Assembly (NCBI GenBank): GCA_963724765.1 | Contig: CAVRVY010000004.1 | Coordinates: 1,096,606 to 1,160,605 of the forward strand | DNA from: an uncultured delta proteobacterium | Lineage (GTDB): Bacteria; Desulfobacterota; Binatia; Binatales; Binataceae | Length of the DNA stretch: 64,000 bases | Reading direction: 5' to 3' | Part shown: one piece after another, positions 24,841-34,853 of the stretch | Layout: every line of letters begins with the position of its first letter | Position numbering within the stretch: position 1 is the stretch's first letter | Notes under the pieces: model-generated | Database searches by the model: none | The model's input: the letters and a program-made list of their open reading frames with translations, nothing else | What the model was told of the DNA's origin: nothing | Program-made: the position numbers and the translations under genes

Positions 24841-25946
24841 GTCAACTTGCAAGTGCAGCGGAGTTGGGAACGTCTGAGGTGCGCGACCGCAACGGCGGTG
24901 CCGATACACAGGCGGCGCGCCGCCTGCGCGGCGTTGCAGTGGTCGGCCTGGGCTACTGGGGTCCCAACTGGGTACGCAACTTTTATCAACTGCGCTGCGC
25001 CGAACGTGTCATCGCCTGCGACCTCGATCGCGGCCGCTGCGAGCGCATCAGCAACCTCTATCCGGCCGCCGAAACCGACCTGAGCTTCGAGGACGTACTT
25101 GAAGACCCTGACATCGAGGGCGTGATAATCGCGACCCCGGTGAGCCGCCACTACCCGATGGCGCGCCGCGTGCTGGAAGCCGGCAAATCGGTGCTGGTCG
25201 AGAAGCCGCTGGCGATGTCACCGACGGAGGCGACCGAGCTGATGCGACTGGCGCGCGCGCGCGGCGGCGTGCTGATGGCCGGACATACGTTCGAGTACAG
25301 CTCGCCGGTGCTCAAAATCCACGAGGTCATATCGGCGGGCGAGCTGGGCGAGGTTTTCTACGTGAGCTCGATTCGGGCCAACCTCGGACTGTTCCAGCAC
25401 GACGTCAACGTGGTCTGGGACCTCGCCACGCACGACATTTCGATCATCCTCATGGTCATGGGCCGGATGCCGGAGTCCGTGAGCTGCCAGGGGCAGAGCC
25501 ATTACCGGCGCGGGGTCGAGGACGTGGCGCTGCTGGCCTTGCACTTCGCGGACAATGTGATCGCCTTCGTTCAAGTGAGCTGGCTCGACCCCAACAAGAT
25601 TCGCCGCACCACCATCGTGGGCTCGCGCAAGATGCTGGTCTACGACGACACCGCCTTGCAGGAGAAGATTCGCATCTACGATAAGGGCGTCGACATGCAG
25701 CGCTACTACGACACCTTCGGCGATTTCCAATTCTCCTACCGCTACGGTGACATCCAGATCCCGCGGATCGAGGAGGCGGAGCCGCTCAAGGCCGAGTGCG
25801 AACACTTCGCCGACTGTATCCTCAACGGGCGCACGCCGCGCACCGACGGGCTCTCAGGTGCGCGCGTGGTAAGCGTGCTCCACGCGGCGAACCTTTCGCT
25901 GAAACACGGCGGACGCAAAATCACGGTCGAAATCCCACGGGTGTGA
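24837..25946 (+). CDS. Gfo/Idh/MocA-family NAD-dependent sugar oxidoreductase (WbpB-like)
   Basis: VAVVGLGYWGPNWVRN Rossmann motif, EKPLA and the family C-terminal domain. The start overlaps the previous stop (ATGA). Confidence 0.85.
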   Translation: MSQLASAAELGTSEVRDRNGGADTQAARRLRGVAVVGLGYWGPNWVRNFYQLRCAERVIACDLDRGRCERISNLYPAAETDLSFEDVLEDPDIEGVIIATPVSRHYPMARRVLEAGKSVLVEKPLAMSPTEATELMRLARARGGVLMAGHTFEYSSPVLKIHEVISAGELGEVFYVSSIRANLGLFQHDVNVVWDLATHDISIILMVMGRMPESVSCQGQSHYRRGVEDVALLALHFADNVIAFVQVSWLDPNKIRRTTIVGSRKMLVYDDTALQEKIRIYDKGVDMQRYYDTFGDFQFSYRYGDIQIPRIEEAEPLKAECEHFADCILNGRTPRTDGLSGARVVSVLHAANLSLKHGGRKITVEIPRV

Positions 25947-25948
25947 GC

Positions 25949-26488
25949 ATGAGCGACGATATCCAAGCGCCGCGGTTTGCCTGCGTGGCCGACGACGTTC
26001 GGCTCGGCCCGCGCGTCCGTTTGAGTCCGTTCGTCAACCTGTACGGATGCGAAATTGGCGAGGACACGCGCCTGGGCGCCTTCGTCGAGGTCCAGCGCGA
26101 CGCCACCATAGGCCGGCGCTGCAAGATTTCCAGCCACACCTTCATCTGCTCGGGTGTGACGATTGAGGACGAGGTGTTCATCGGTCACGGCGTGGTTTTC
26201 ATCAATGACCGCAATCCCCGGGCAACTACCGCGGACGGCGCGCCGCAAACCGAGAGCGATTGGCGAATGGAAAGCACGGTGGTGCGCCGCGGCGCGTCTA
26301 TCGGAAGCGGTTCGGTGATCCTGTGTGGCATCGAAATCGGCGAGCGCGCGATGGTTGGCGCCGGCGCGGTGGTTACGCACAACGTGCCGCCGAACGAGGT
26401 AGTGGCCGGCAATCCGGCTCGCGTGCGCCGCTCGATAACGTCGCACGAACAGACATACCCCGATAAGAGAGGTTCTAATGCAGATTAA
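25949..26488 (+). CDS. Left-handed beta-helix (hexapeptide) N-acetyltransferase (WbpD-like)
   Basis: Hexapeptide repeats and the C-terminal VVAGNPARV. Confidence 0.8.
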   Translation: MSDDIQAPRFACVADDVRLGPRVRLSPFVNLYGCEIGEDTRLGAFVEVQRDATIGRRCKISSHTFICSGVTIEDEVFIGHGVVFINDRNPRATTADGAPQTESDWRMESTVVRRGASIGSGSVILCGIEIGERAMVGAGAVVTHNVPPNEVVAGNPARVRRSITSHEQTYPDKRGSNAD

Positions 26489-27686
26489 ATTTGTCGATCT
26501 GGTGTCACAGAACGCGGAAATCCGCGAGCGCGTGGAACGCGAACTGATCAAAATTCATTTCGACGCCGGCTACATCGGCGGTCCGCAGGTCAAAGCCTTC
26601 GAGGAAGAGTTCGCGGCGTTCCTCGGCGCGCGCCACGCAATCTCGCTCGGCAGCGGCACCGATGCGATCCGCTTGGCGCTGCTCGCGGTCGGAGTAGGTC
26701 CCGGCACCGAAGTGATCACGACGCCAATGACCTTCATCGCGACCGCGGCCGCCATCCGTCAAACCGGCGCCCGGCCAACCCTGGTCGACATCGATCCGGA
26801 GACTTGCAACATCGATCCGCGCGCGCTGCGCAGATACCTGGAAGAGCGGCGCCGCCGCTCGCCGCACGGCCTGCGCGCGATCGTGCCGGTACATCTATAT
26901 GGACTGCCGGCGGCAATGCGCGAGATCCAGGAGATCGCGGTGGAATTTGGCCTGCGAATCGTCGAGGACGCGTGCCAGGCCCACGGCGCTTCGTTGCACG
27001 ACGGCCAGCGCTGGCGGTTCGCCGGAACGCTCGGCGCGGCCGGATGCTTCAGCTTCTACCCGGGCAAGAACCTTGGCGCATGGGGTGACGGTGGCGCGGT
27101 CGTAACCGACAACGACGAACTGGCGGAACGGGTAAGAATGCTTCGCGACCACGGGCGCATCTCGCACTACGCCCACCAGGACTACGGTTACAATTCGCGT
27201 CTCGACGCGGTCCAGGCGGCGGTGCTGCGCGCCAAGCTCGAGCGGCTGGCCGACTGGAACAGGCGCCGGCGCGAGATCGCGGAAAGCTATCGTCAACTGC
27301 TTGACGGCGCGGACCTCGAGCTGCCCACCGAGCCCGAGGGATTTGCGTCCGCCTATCACCTGTTCGCCATTCGCAGCCGCCAGCGCGACGCAATCCGGCA
27401 AGCCCTGCTAAGCCAGAACATCGAGTGCGGCATCCATTATCCCGTGCCCCTGCATCTGCAACCGGCCTGCCGTGATCTCGGCTACCGGCCCAAGGATTTT
27501 CCGGTGAGCGAGCGGATCGCCGACACCGAGCTATCGCTCCCGATGCATCCGCATCTGACCGACGCCGAGGTGCGGCGGGTGGCCGAGGTTGTGATCGCAG
27601 CCGTGAGCAAGCGTCCAACCATCTTCGCCGGCGAGCATCGCCGAAATTCGGCCGTCTCTGCTCTCCCCCCGGAGCGTGGCGAGTGA
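26478..27686 (+). CDS. DegT/DnrJ/EryC1/StrS-family sugar aminotransferase (WbpE-like)
   Basis: IKFVDL...IGGPQVKAFEEEFAAFLGARHAISLGSGTDAIRLAL and FSFYPGKNLGAWGDGG (PLP Lys region). Confidence 0.9.
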   Translation: MQIKFVDLVSQNAEIRERVERELIKIHFDAGYIGGPQVKAFEEEFAAFLGARHAISLGSGTDAIRLALLAVGVGPGTEVITTPMTFIATAAAIRQTGARPTLVDIDPETCNIDPRALRRYLEERRRRSPHGLRAIVPVHLYGLPAAMREIQEIAVEFGLRIVEDACQAHGASLHDGQRWRFAGTLGAAGCFSFYPGKNLGAWGDGGAVVTDNDELAERVRMLRDHGRISHYAHQDYGYNSRLDAVQAAVLRAKLERLADWNRRRREIAESYRQLLDGADLELPTEPEGFASAYHLFAIRSRQRDAIRQALLSQNIECGIHYPVPLHLQPACRDLGYRPKDFPVSERIADTELSLPMHPHLTDAEVRRVAEVVIAAVSKRPTIFAGEHRRNSAVSALPPERGE

Positions 27687-27689
27687 AGC

Positions 27690-29126
27690 ATGTTCGCTGG
27701 CGAACTACAAAGACAGAAAGCGCTGTTTGCGGCTTGTGACGGCGTAGCGCTGATCGCCGCATTCGCGGCGGCGCTAATGCTGCACGACCCGTCGGGCGCT
27801 ATGGAAGAGCGCCTGTTGCAAGACAACCCGGCGCTCCTGTGCCTCAGTGTGTTGGCGGTCGTCGGTCTGTGGGTGCTGGTGTTCCGCGCCTGCGACCTCT
27901 ACCGGATGCGCAACGGCGGCCTGCAGGAATCGGTCAACATCGTACGCGGCTGCTCGTACGCTGCACTGCTGACCGTGCTGGTCGGGTTCCTGGCGCACGT
28001 GGATGTTTCGCGGCTCACCGTGACGTTGGCCTATCTGCTCAGCATCCCGGCCGTCACGGTTGAACGGATGGCGACCCGGCAATGCATCCGCCGCTTCTAC
28101 GCCAATCCCAAAAACGCGATTCCGCTGGTGCTGATCGGATGCAACCGGTTTGCGCGCTACCTGTGCGACCAGATCCTCGACCAGATGACGCCGTACGAGA
28201 TGGTGGGTTTTCTCGAAGACGATGGCGACATCCGCCAATACCGCGGCTGTCCGGTTTTCGGCCCTGCCGAGCGCATCGGCGAAATCGCCGCGCTTTATCC
28301 CTGCCTCGAAGCCGCCATCGTGCTGCCCGACGCGCCGCGCGAGCGGCACGAGGCGATCATCGGACTGTGCGAGCAGCAGCGCGTGCGCTGGTGGCTGATG
28401 CCGTGGGTATCGAAGTGGCCCAACGGCGGCTTGCGAGTCGATATGTTCGGCGTGGTGCCGCTCATCAGTCCGCGCGGCTCGAACATCGAGGGCCTGAACT
28501 TCGCGCTGAAGCGGGCGTTCGACGTGGCCGTAGGCGCGTTGCTGCTGATCGTCGCTGCCCCGATGCTCGCGGTGGGCGCGCTCGCCATCCGGCTCTTCGA
28601 CGGCGGCCCGATCCTGTTCCGCCAGACGCGTATCGGGATGCGCGGCCGGCCCTTTAGCATGCTCAAACTGCGCACGATGCGATCGGCCAACGACGATTCG
28701 TCGCATCGCGATTACGTCCGGCAATGGATTCGTCAGGGCGAGTCCGCGGCGCAGGACGGCTCCGGCGGCGAGCGCGTGTTCAAGCTCGCCCACGATCAGC
28801 GCGTGACTCCCGTCGGCCGCTGGCTGCGCCGCTTCAGCGTCGATGAACTGCCGCAGCTCATCAACGTGATCCGTGGCGAGATGAGCCTCATCGGCCCCCG
28901 CCCTGCCCTGCCCTACGAGCTCGAGCTGTACGAGCCGTGGCATCTGCGCCGCCTGCAGGCAGCGCCCGGCATAACCGGTCTATGGCAGGTCAGCGGCCGC
29001 AACCATCTCTCGTTTGACGAGATGGTCCGTCTCGACGTGCAATATCTCCAGAGCTGGTCGTTCTCCGGCGATCTGCGAATCCTGGTCAGAACCGTTCCCG
29101 CACTGCTTCGCGGAGGGGGAGTGTGA
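27690..29126 (+). CDS. Polyprenyl-phosphate glycosyl-1-phosphate transferase (WbaP/EpsB-like priming enzyme)
   Basis: N-terminal TM helices, then KRAFDVAVGALLLIVAAPML, PILFRQTRIGMRGRPFSMLKLRTM and DELPQLINVIRGEMSLIGPRP. Confidence 0.85.
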   Translation: MFAGELQRQKALFAACDGVALIAAFAAALMLHDPSGAMEERLLQDNPALLCLSVLAVVGLWVLVFRACDLYRMRNGGLQESVNIVRGCSYAALLTVLVGFLAHVDVSRLTVTLAYLLSIPAVTVERMATRQCIRRFYANPKNAIPLVLIGCNRFARYLCDQILDQMTPYEMVGFLEDDGDIRQYRGCPVFGPAERIGEIAALYPCLEAAIVLPDAPRERHEAIIGLCEQQRVRWWLMPWVSKWPNGGLRVDMFGVVPLISPRGSNIEGLNFALKRAFDVAVGALLLIVAAPMLAVGALAIRLFDGGPILFRQTRIGMRGRPFSMLKLRTMRSANDDSSHRDYVRQWIRQGESAAQDGSGGERVFKLAHDQRVTPVGRWLRRFSVDELPQLINVIRGEMSLIGPRPALPYELELYEPWHLRRLQAAPGITGLWQVSGRNHLSFDEMVRLDVQYLQSWSFSGDLRILVRTVPALLRGGGV

Positions 29127-30637
29127 GCGGGGTGCCAGTAGAGCCGCCTATCGAATCGTACTCCGCGGAGCCTCTCCACTCGCTGTGGCAGGCGGTCGCG
29201 CGCAGCGTGCGCGACAACGTAATCGCCGAATTCGTCGTTCAGGCGGTGCGCCTGGGCGGCTTCGTGTTGCTGGCGCGCGCGCTTAGCCCGGACCAATTCG
29301 GCGTTTTCAGGGTACTCCTGGTGGTCGCAGTCCTCGCGACCCTGAGCAATGATGCGGGCCTCCCGGACGCGTTGGTCCAGCGCAAGGAAATCACCGCGGC
29401 CCATCAGGCCACGGCCTGGTGGCTGAGCATGCTGACGGCGCTAGGCGCGGCCGTCATCTTATATTTCGCGGCCCCCTGGATCGCGATAGCAATGGACATG
29501 CCGGGACTGACCGGCGGTGCACGGCTCTTGTGCATTCCGATCCTGCTCGACGCAACGACCGTGGTCCCGTGCGCCCGGTTGCGCCGGAAGCTTAACTTCG
29601 GCGCGCTGGCGGCTGCGGATGTCGTGGCGGAGGTGGCCTTCATTTTAGTCGCGCTGCTGGTGTTGTGGCGCGGGCTGCCGGCGTGGAGCCTGCCGGGAGG
29701 CCTCGCGGCGCGCTTCGCCGTGCATGCCGTCGCGATCTGGATTGCGGATCCGCATGTGCCGCGCGGGTGGCCGACGAGACAAGCCGCGCGCGACTTTGCC
29801 CGCTTTTCGATCACCGCCTGGGGCAGCCGAATCATCTACGTGTTCTCTTCCAACGCGGACTACCTGCTGGTCGGACGCCTGCTCGGCAGCTCAGCGCTGG
29901 GTTTCTATGGGATGGCGTGGGACCTGCTGCGATTCGTGCCCGATCGCCTGTATCGGGTTGCCGGGCGGGTAACGTTTCCGGCGTTCTGCCAACTACAGGA
30001 AGACCGCGAAGCGCTCGCCCAAGCTTACCTCGACTTCTTCGACTACATGGCTCGTGTGATCCTGCCGATTGCGGCATGCGCGGCAATCGCGGCCCCGGAA
30101 ATCCTGCGCACGGTTTACGGCCCTCAGTGGTTGCCCTCGGCGCTGCCGATGAGGCTGCTCGCGCCGGGCCTGGCGCTGTGCGGACTGCGGCTGGGAATCG
30201 GCTCGGTATATTACAGTAAGAACCGCCCCGAGCTCGACATATATCTGCACGGCGTACGGCTAACGTTGCTCGTAATAACGGTGCTGGGGCTCTCGCGCTA
30301 CGGACTGTTCGGCGTCAGCGTGGGCATGAGCGTGGTCGAGGGCGTTGTAAGCGTGGCCGGGCAGGCGATCGCGTGCGCGTTGATCGATCTCAGGCTGCGC
30401 GACCTGGCCCGGGCCGCAATTCCTTCGCTGCGCCTGACCGCGCTTTGCGCGCTTGCGACCGTAGGCGGAAAGACCGCCGCGACGTACGCCGAGGCTCACG
30501 GCGCTATAGTCCTGGTTGCCGCCGCAGTGCCGCCGGCGCTGGTCTATCTATGGCTTGAGCGCTCGAACGCGATGGACCTGCTCGGCAGGGCATTTGTGCC
30601 TGCCGCGGACGCGCAGGTCAAACCGTCGCAGGCATAA
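29123..30637 (+). CDS. MOP-superfamily polysaccharide flippase (Wzx-like)
   Basis: A 504-aa polytopic membrane protein with about 12 or more hydrophobic segments. The GTG start overlaps the previous stop. Confidence 0.75.
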   Translation: MSGVPVEPPIESYSAEPLHSLWQAVARSVRDNVIAEFVVQAVRLGGFVLLARALSPDQFGVFRVLLVVAVLATLSNDAGLPDALVQRKEITAAHQATAWWLSMLTALGAAVILYFAAPWIAIAMDMPGLTGGARLLCIPILLDATTVVPCARLRRKLNFGALAAADVVAEVAFILVALLVLWRGLPAWSLPGGLAARFAVHAVAIWIADPHVPRGWPTRQAARDFARFSITAWGSRIIYVFSSNADYLLVGRLLGSSALGFYGMAWDLLRFVPDRLYRVAGRVTFPAFCQLQEDREALAQAYLDFFDYMARVILPIAACAAIAAPEILRTVYGPQWLPSALPMRLLAPGLALCGLRLGIGSVYYSKNRPELDIYLHGVRLTLLVITVLGLSRYGLFGVSVGMSVVEGVVSVAGQAIACALIDLRLRDLARAAIPSLRLTALCALATVGGKTAATYAEAHGAIVLVAAAVPPALVYLWLERSNAMDLLGRAFVPAADAQVKPSQA

Positions 30638-30694
30638 GCGTGAACACCGCGACATGGAAAAAGAGACCGCTACGATGACGCCGAGTTACCGAGC

Positions 30695-31416
30695 ATGAAG
30701 AACTATATCGCCATCACCACTATCATCCCTGGATCCAGCCGCAGCATCTGCCGCGCAACGGCACGCGCGCGCCGGGCGGCGAGTCGGTGATCATGCGTTT
30801 TCTGCCGCGCGACGCGTGGGATGGCTACGACGCCATCCTGCGGCTCGACGCCGACCTGACCTTCAAGCCGCAGTTCGCCGAGTTGTTGCTGGCCGAATTG
30901 GAAAAAGACCCGCGTCTCGGGATTGCCGGGCCCACGCTGTATGAAACGCGTGGCGCGCACTGGCGTGAGGTGCCGGCACCCTCGTTCCACACCCGCGGCG
31001 CCGCCAAGTTTTACAGCAGCGCCTGCTTCGCCGCGATTGGCGGGCTCGAGGCGGGGCTCGGCTGGGACACGATCGACGAAGTGCGGGCGATGATGCTTGG
31101 TTTCGGCACCCGAAACTTCCGGCACATCCGTGCCTATCATCATCGCCCGCAGGGCGCCGCCGGCGGCTTGTGGCAAGGCCGTAAGGCGGCCGGGCGGGCC
31201 GCCTACAACGTCGGCTACTCGCCCCTGTTTGTGGCGGCGCGTGCGCTGCGCCTGGGGCTCAAGTGGCCGCCGCTGATCGGCGGCATGGGACTGATGGCCG
31301 GCTATCTCGAAAGCGCGGTACAGCGATCGCCGCGGCCAGTCTCGCCAGCGCTGATCAGATTCGTGCGTCGTCAACAGATACGCAGGCTTCTCATGATGGA
31401 GTCGGTATGGCGCTGA
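30695..31416 (+). pseudogene. Family-2 glycosyltransferase remnant (apparent internal deletion plus frame change)
   Basis: ATG 30695 encodes MKNYIAITTI, a typical GT2 start, and then runs into a stop at 30788. Frame +2 carries HPWI...AILRLDADL...DPRLGIAGP...GWDTIDEV...HHRP, the C-terminal two thirds of a GT2. The expected DDGS-type nucleotide-binding segment between them is absent. Confidence 0.5.
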
Positions 31417-32627
31417 GCCTCAAGATGCCGATTGATCAAGCCGCGATTCCGGAAAGCGGCCAGCGGGTCGAATCCCCTGCGCGCAACGATGCGTTCAGCT
31501 TCTGGAAGCTGCCCGAGCAGTGGCGCGAGGCCCTGGAGCCGGTCATCGGGCCGTCCGAGGCTACCGCAGAACGCTTCTTGTTCGAGCAGTACCTGCCAGA
31601 GGTCGATCGTCATCCGCCTTCCGCGATGCGCGCATACTACTGCGTCAAACGCCTCATTCCACAAGGCCTGCGCCATCGCCTCAACTCGGCGGCTGTCCGT
31701 GTGCGTACGCGACTGGAGTTTCCGCGCTGGCCGTGCGAGAGCGCGTTGGTTGAATTCTGGCGCGACTGGCTGAGGCAGGGCCTGGAAATCCACGGCGCAA
31801 CGGACGGATGGCACATCGGCTTTTGGCCGGACAACGCAAAGTGCTGCATCGTGCTCACGCATGACGTGGAGACTCGGAAGGGCTTCGATCGGATGGAGAT
31901 GATCGCGGAACTCGAAGAACGACACGGCTTTCGTTCGGCCTGGAACCTGCCGCTTGCGCAATACCCGATCGATTGGCAACGCGTGGAGCGGCTGCGCTCG
32001 CGCGGCTTCGAATTCGGCGCGCACGGCCTGTGCCATGACGGCCGTCTGTTCCGCAGCCATCGCGATTTTGCCGAGCTCGCGCCGATCCTCGAGCGGCTCG
32101 CCGCCGAACACGATCTCCGCGGCTTCCGTTCCCCCTCGACGCTGCGCGATCCGAGAGCGATCGCCACCATGGCCTTCGACTTTGATTCCAGTTTCGCCGA
32201 CACCGATCCCTACGAACCGCAACCCGGCGGAACCTGCAGCCTGTTCCCGTTTCATCTCTCGCGCCTGGTCGAATTGCCCTACACGCTGCCGCAGGACCAT
32301 ACCATGATTCATCTGCTCCGCCGAAGCCCGCTGCCGGTGTGGACGATGAAGGCAAAATGGATTGCCTCGCTGGGCGGGATGATTCTTACCCTCACGCATC
32401 CCGACTATTGCGGCGATGGCGTTTATCTCGCGGCCTACGAGGAACTGCTCAAGCGGCTTGGCGAGATCGATACGGCGTGGCGCGCGTTGCCCGCCGAGGT
32501 CGCCGGATGGTGGAGGCAGCGCGCACAGCTACGGCTCCAGGTCGACAACGGCCGGCCGAGCATAACCGGTCTGGGAGCAGCGCGTGCGACCGCGCGGCGG
32601 CTCAGCGAAGAACCCCTGGCGAATTAG
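31407..32627 (+). CDS. Polysaccharide deacetylase-like (CE4/NodB-type) protein
   Basis: CIVLTHDVETRKG (Asp-containing motif) and FGAHGLCHD (HxxxH). The ORF is open from 31263; the ATG at 31407 overlaps the upstream stop. Confidence 0.55.
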   Translation: MALSLKMPIDQAAIPESGQRVESPARNDAFSFWKLPEQWREALEPVIGPSEATAERFLFEQYLPEVDRHPPSAMRAYYCVKRLIPQGLRHRLNSAAVRVRTRLEFPRWPCESALVEFWRDWLRQGLEIHGATDGWHIGFWPDNAKCCIVLTHDVETRKGFDRMEMIAELEERHGFRSAWNLPLAQYPIDWQRVERLRSRGFEFGAHGLCHDGRLFRSHRDFAELAPILERLAAEHDLRGFRSPSTLRDPRAIATMAFDFDSSFADTDPYEPQPGGTCSLFPFHLSRLVELPYTLPQDHTMIHLLRRSPLPVWTMKAKWIASLGGMILTLTHPDYCGDGVYLAAYEELLKRLGEIDTAWRALPAEVAGWWRQRAQLRLQVDNGRPSITGLGAARATARRLSEEPLAN

Positions 32628-32636
32628 GAGCGCGCT

Positions 32637-33839
32637 GTGGCCCGTGTCCTGCTCATAGCCTATACCACTTACGTCCACGACGGACGCGTCAAGCGCCACG
32701 CCGAGGCGCTGGCCGAACGCGGCGATCATGTCGACGTAATCTGTCTCGATAGTGGCCACAACGGTGTGCTCGACGGCGTCAACGTAATCGGTCTCCAGAT
32801 GCCGCGTTACCGGGGCGCCAGCCGCTCCAGCTACGTGCGCAGCTACCTGCGGTTTTTCGGAAAAGCGTCGTGGGCCGCGCTGCGGCTGAGCCTCGTCGCG
32901 CGCTACGACATCGTAATCGTTTGCACGATGCCCGACGCGGCGGTGCTATGCGCGCTTCCGGCCAAGCTGCTCGGCAGCAGGGTCGTGCTCGACATCCATG
33001 ACACGATGCCGGAGCTGTATCTGGACAAGTTTGGCGGCCGGCGCGGCGCCATCGGCGCCCGCCTGCTGATGCTGGAGGAGCGCACGAGCGCAGGCTGCGC
33101 CGACCGGGTGCTGGCGGTGCACGCGCTTCATCGCGACCGGTTGATAGAGGCGGGAGTTCCGGCGCACAAGATCAGAACGGTGATGAACGCTCCCGACCCG
33201 GCGCTCTTCAGCCCGAGGCCGGATCGGCAAGAGCGCGCCGATGGCATCTTCATCGTGGCTTGTCACGGCACGCTGACGCGCCGACTAGGGCTGGATATCG
33301 CGATCGAAGCGATCGCCCTGCTCCATCCGCGAATACCCGGTCTGCGCATGATGGTGATCGGGACGGGCGACTATCTCGAGACGGCCAGGCAACTCGTTAC
33401 CCTCAAGCAGCTTGACGGATGCATAAGCTTTATCGATCAAGTTCCCGTCCAGGAGTTGCCACGGCTGCTTGCTGAGGCCGACGTCGGGCTGGTGCCAAAC
33501 CGCGCGAGCAACGCGACCCATCTTATGCTTCCGGTCAAGCTGCTCGATTATGCGGCGCTGGGCATCCCGACGATCGCGGCCCGCCTGCGCACGATCGAGC
33601 ACTACTTCGGCGAGCGTGCCGTGAGGTTTGTCGAACCAGGTGATGTCGTCGGGTTGGCGGCGGCAATCGAGGAGCTCTACCGCGACCGGGCGCGCCGCGC
33701 CGAACTGGCGTCCAATGCCCGCCGGGCGGTGGAACGTATCGGTTGGCCGGCCCAACGGGCGGAATACTACCGCGCCATAGACTCGCTGTTCGAAAAGCCG
33801 CCGTCGGCGGCGCACTACGGTCCGGAACGGGCAGCGTGA
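32637..33839 (+). CDS. GT4-family (GT-B) glycosyltransferase
   Basis: TAGGAG RBS. RVLLIAYT...VKRHAEALAERGDHVDV at the N-terminus and an E-x7-E-like region, ADVGLVPNRASN...PVKLLDYAALGIPTIA, at the C-terminus. Confidence 0.8.
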   Translation: MARVLLIAYTTYVHDGRVKRHAEALAERGDHVDVICLDSGHNGVLDGVNVIGLQMPRYRGASRSSYVRSYLRFFGKASWAALRLSLVARYDIVIVCTMPDAAVLCALPAKLLGSRVVLDIHDTMPELYLDKFGGRRGAIGARLLMLEERTSAGCADRVLAVHALHRDRLIEAGVPAHKIRTVMNAPDPALFSPRPDRQERADGIFIVACHGTLTRRLGLDIAIEAIALLHPRIPGLRMMVIGTGDYLETARQLVTLKQLDGCISFIDQVPVQELPRLLAEADVGLVPNRASNATHLMLPVKLLDYAALGIPTIAARLRTIEHYFGERAVRFVEPGDVVGLAAAIEELYRDRARRAELASNARRAVERIGWPAQRAEYYRAIDSLFEKPPSAAHYGPERAA

Positions 33840-33870
33840 GACAATGCGAAAACGATTGAGGAGGAAACCA

Positions 33871-34674
33871 GTGGAGCAAGGGGAGACACTGATTGTTGGC
33901 TTGGGCGAAGTCGGCGCGGCGCTGGCGGAAGTCATCGAGCGCCGAGGGCCGGTGCTGCGTCACGACATCGAGCCGCGCGAATTCGACGCGCCGATCGGCG
34001 TGATGCATGTCTGCATTCCATTTCAATCGAGCGCGCAGTTCGAGGACGCAGTGTGCCAGTACGTCGAGCGCTTCGATCCCGCGCTGACGATCGTCAACAG
34101 CACGGTAATTCCAGGAACCACGAGCGCGCTCGCGCGGCGCACCGGTAAACCCGTCGCGTACAGTCCCGTGCGCGGCAAACACGTGCGGATGGCGCAGGAC
34201 ATGTTGCGCTACGTCAAGTACGTGGCGGCGGCTGAAGAAGAAGTCGCCGTGCGAGCCCAACGTCATTTCGAGAACGCCGGAATCAAGACCCGGCGAATGA
34301 AACGGCCGGAAACGCTGGAACTGGCCAAGCTTGCGGAGACGACCTATTTCGGCGTGCAGATTGCGTTCGCCCAGGATCTCGATCGTTACGCCCGCCGCGT
34401 TGGTGCCGACTACGAGGAGGCCATCAACTTTTTCGAGGAGGTCGACTTCCTGCCTCGGACCCGCTACTTCCCCGGGGTAATCGGCGGCCATTGCGTTATC
34501 CCCAACATCCAACTGCTGCGCAAGGTTGCCGACTCGCCCCTGCTCAACGCAGTGCTGGAGTCGAATTCGCTGCGCACCAGCGAGCTGGAACCGTCCAAAA
34601 ACGAAGTGCGCCGGCGCAAATCAGCGAGACGCGAGTCTCACAAACGCGATGGCGACGTGCTTTCTCATCGATAG
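33871..34674 (+). CDS. Short nucleotide-sugar dehydrogenase-like protein (N-terminal and central domains only)
   Basis: GAGGAGG precedes the GTG at 33871. It has the Rossmann motif IVGLGEVG, the central-domain motif ELAKLAETTYFGVQIAF and the catalytic-Cys motif GVIGGHCVIPN. The roughly 100-aa C-terminal UDP-binding domain of UGDH/WbpA-type enzymes is missing. Confidence 0.6.
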   Translation: MEQGETLIVGLGEVGAALAEVIERRGPVLRHDIEPREFDAPIGVMHVCIPFQSSAQFEDAVCQYVERFDPALTIVNSTVIPGTTSALARRTGKPVAYSPVRGKHVRMAQDMLRYVKYVAAAEEEVAVRAQRHFENAGIKTRRMKRPETLELAKLAETTYFGVQIAFAQDLDRYARRVGADYEEAINFFEEVDFLPRTRYFPGVIGGHCVIPNIQLLRKVADSPLLNAVLESNSLRTSELEPSKNEVRRRKSARRESHKRDGDVLSHR

Positions 34675-34853
34675 CGTAGCGGCGAGCGCCGGCTGCACGG
34701 CGGCCCGTTTGCGCGGCTGCGCGGCGCCCGAATCGTGCACTACCAGTTTCGCAGACTAGCGCTCGCGCATCCCGATGGAGGAGATTTCAGCCGCGATTCG
34801 CGGGGTGCGCGGACGACCGACGCGCTGGACGCTCGTCCAACGTCGCCCATGCT

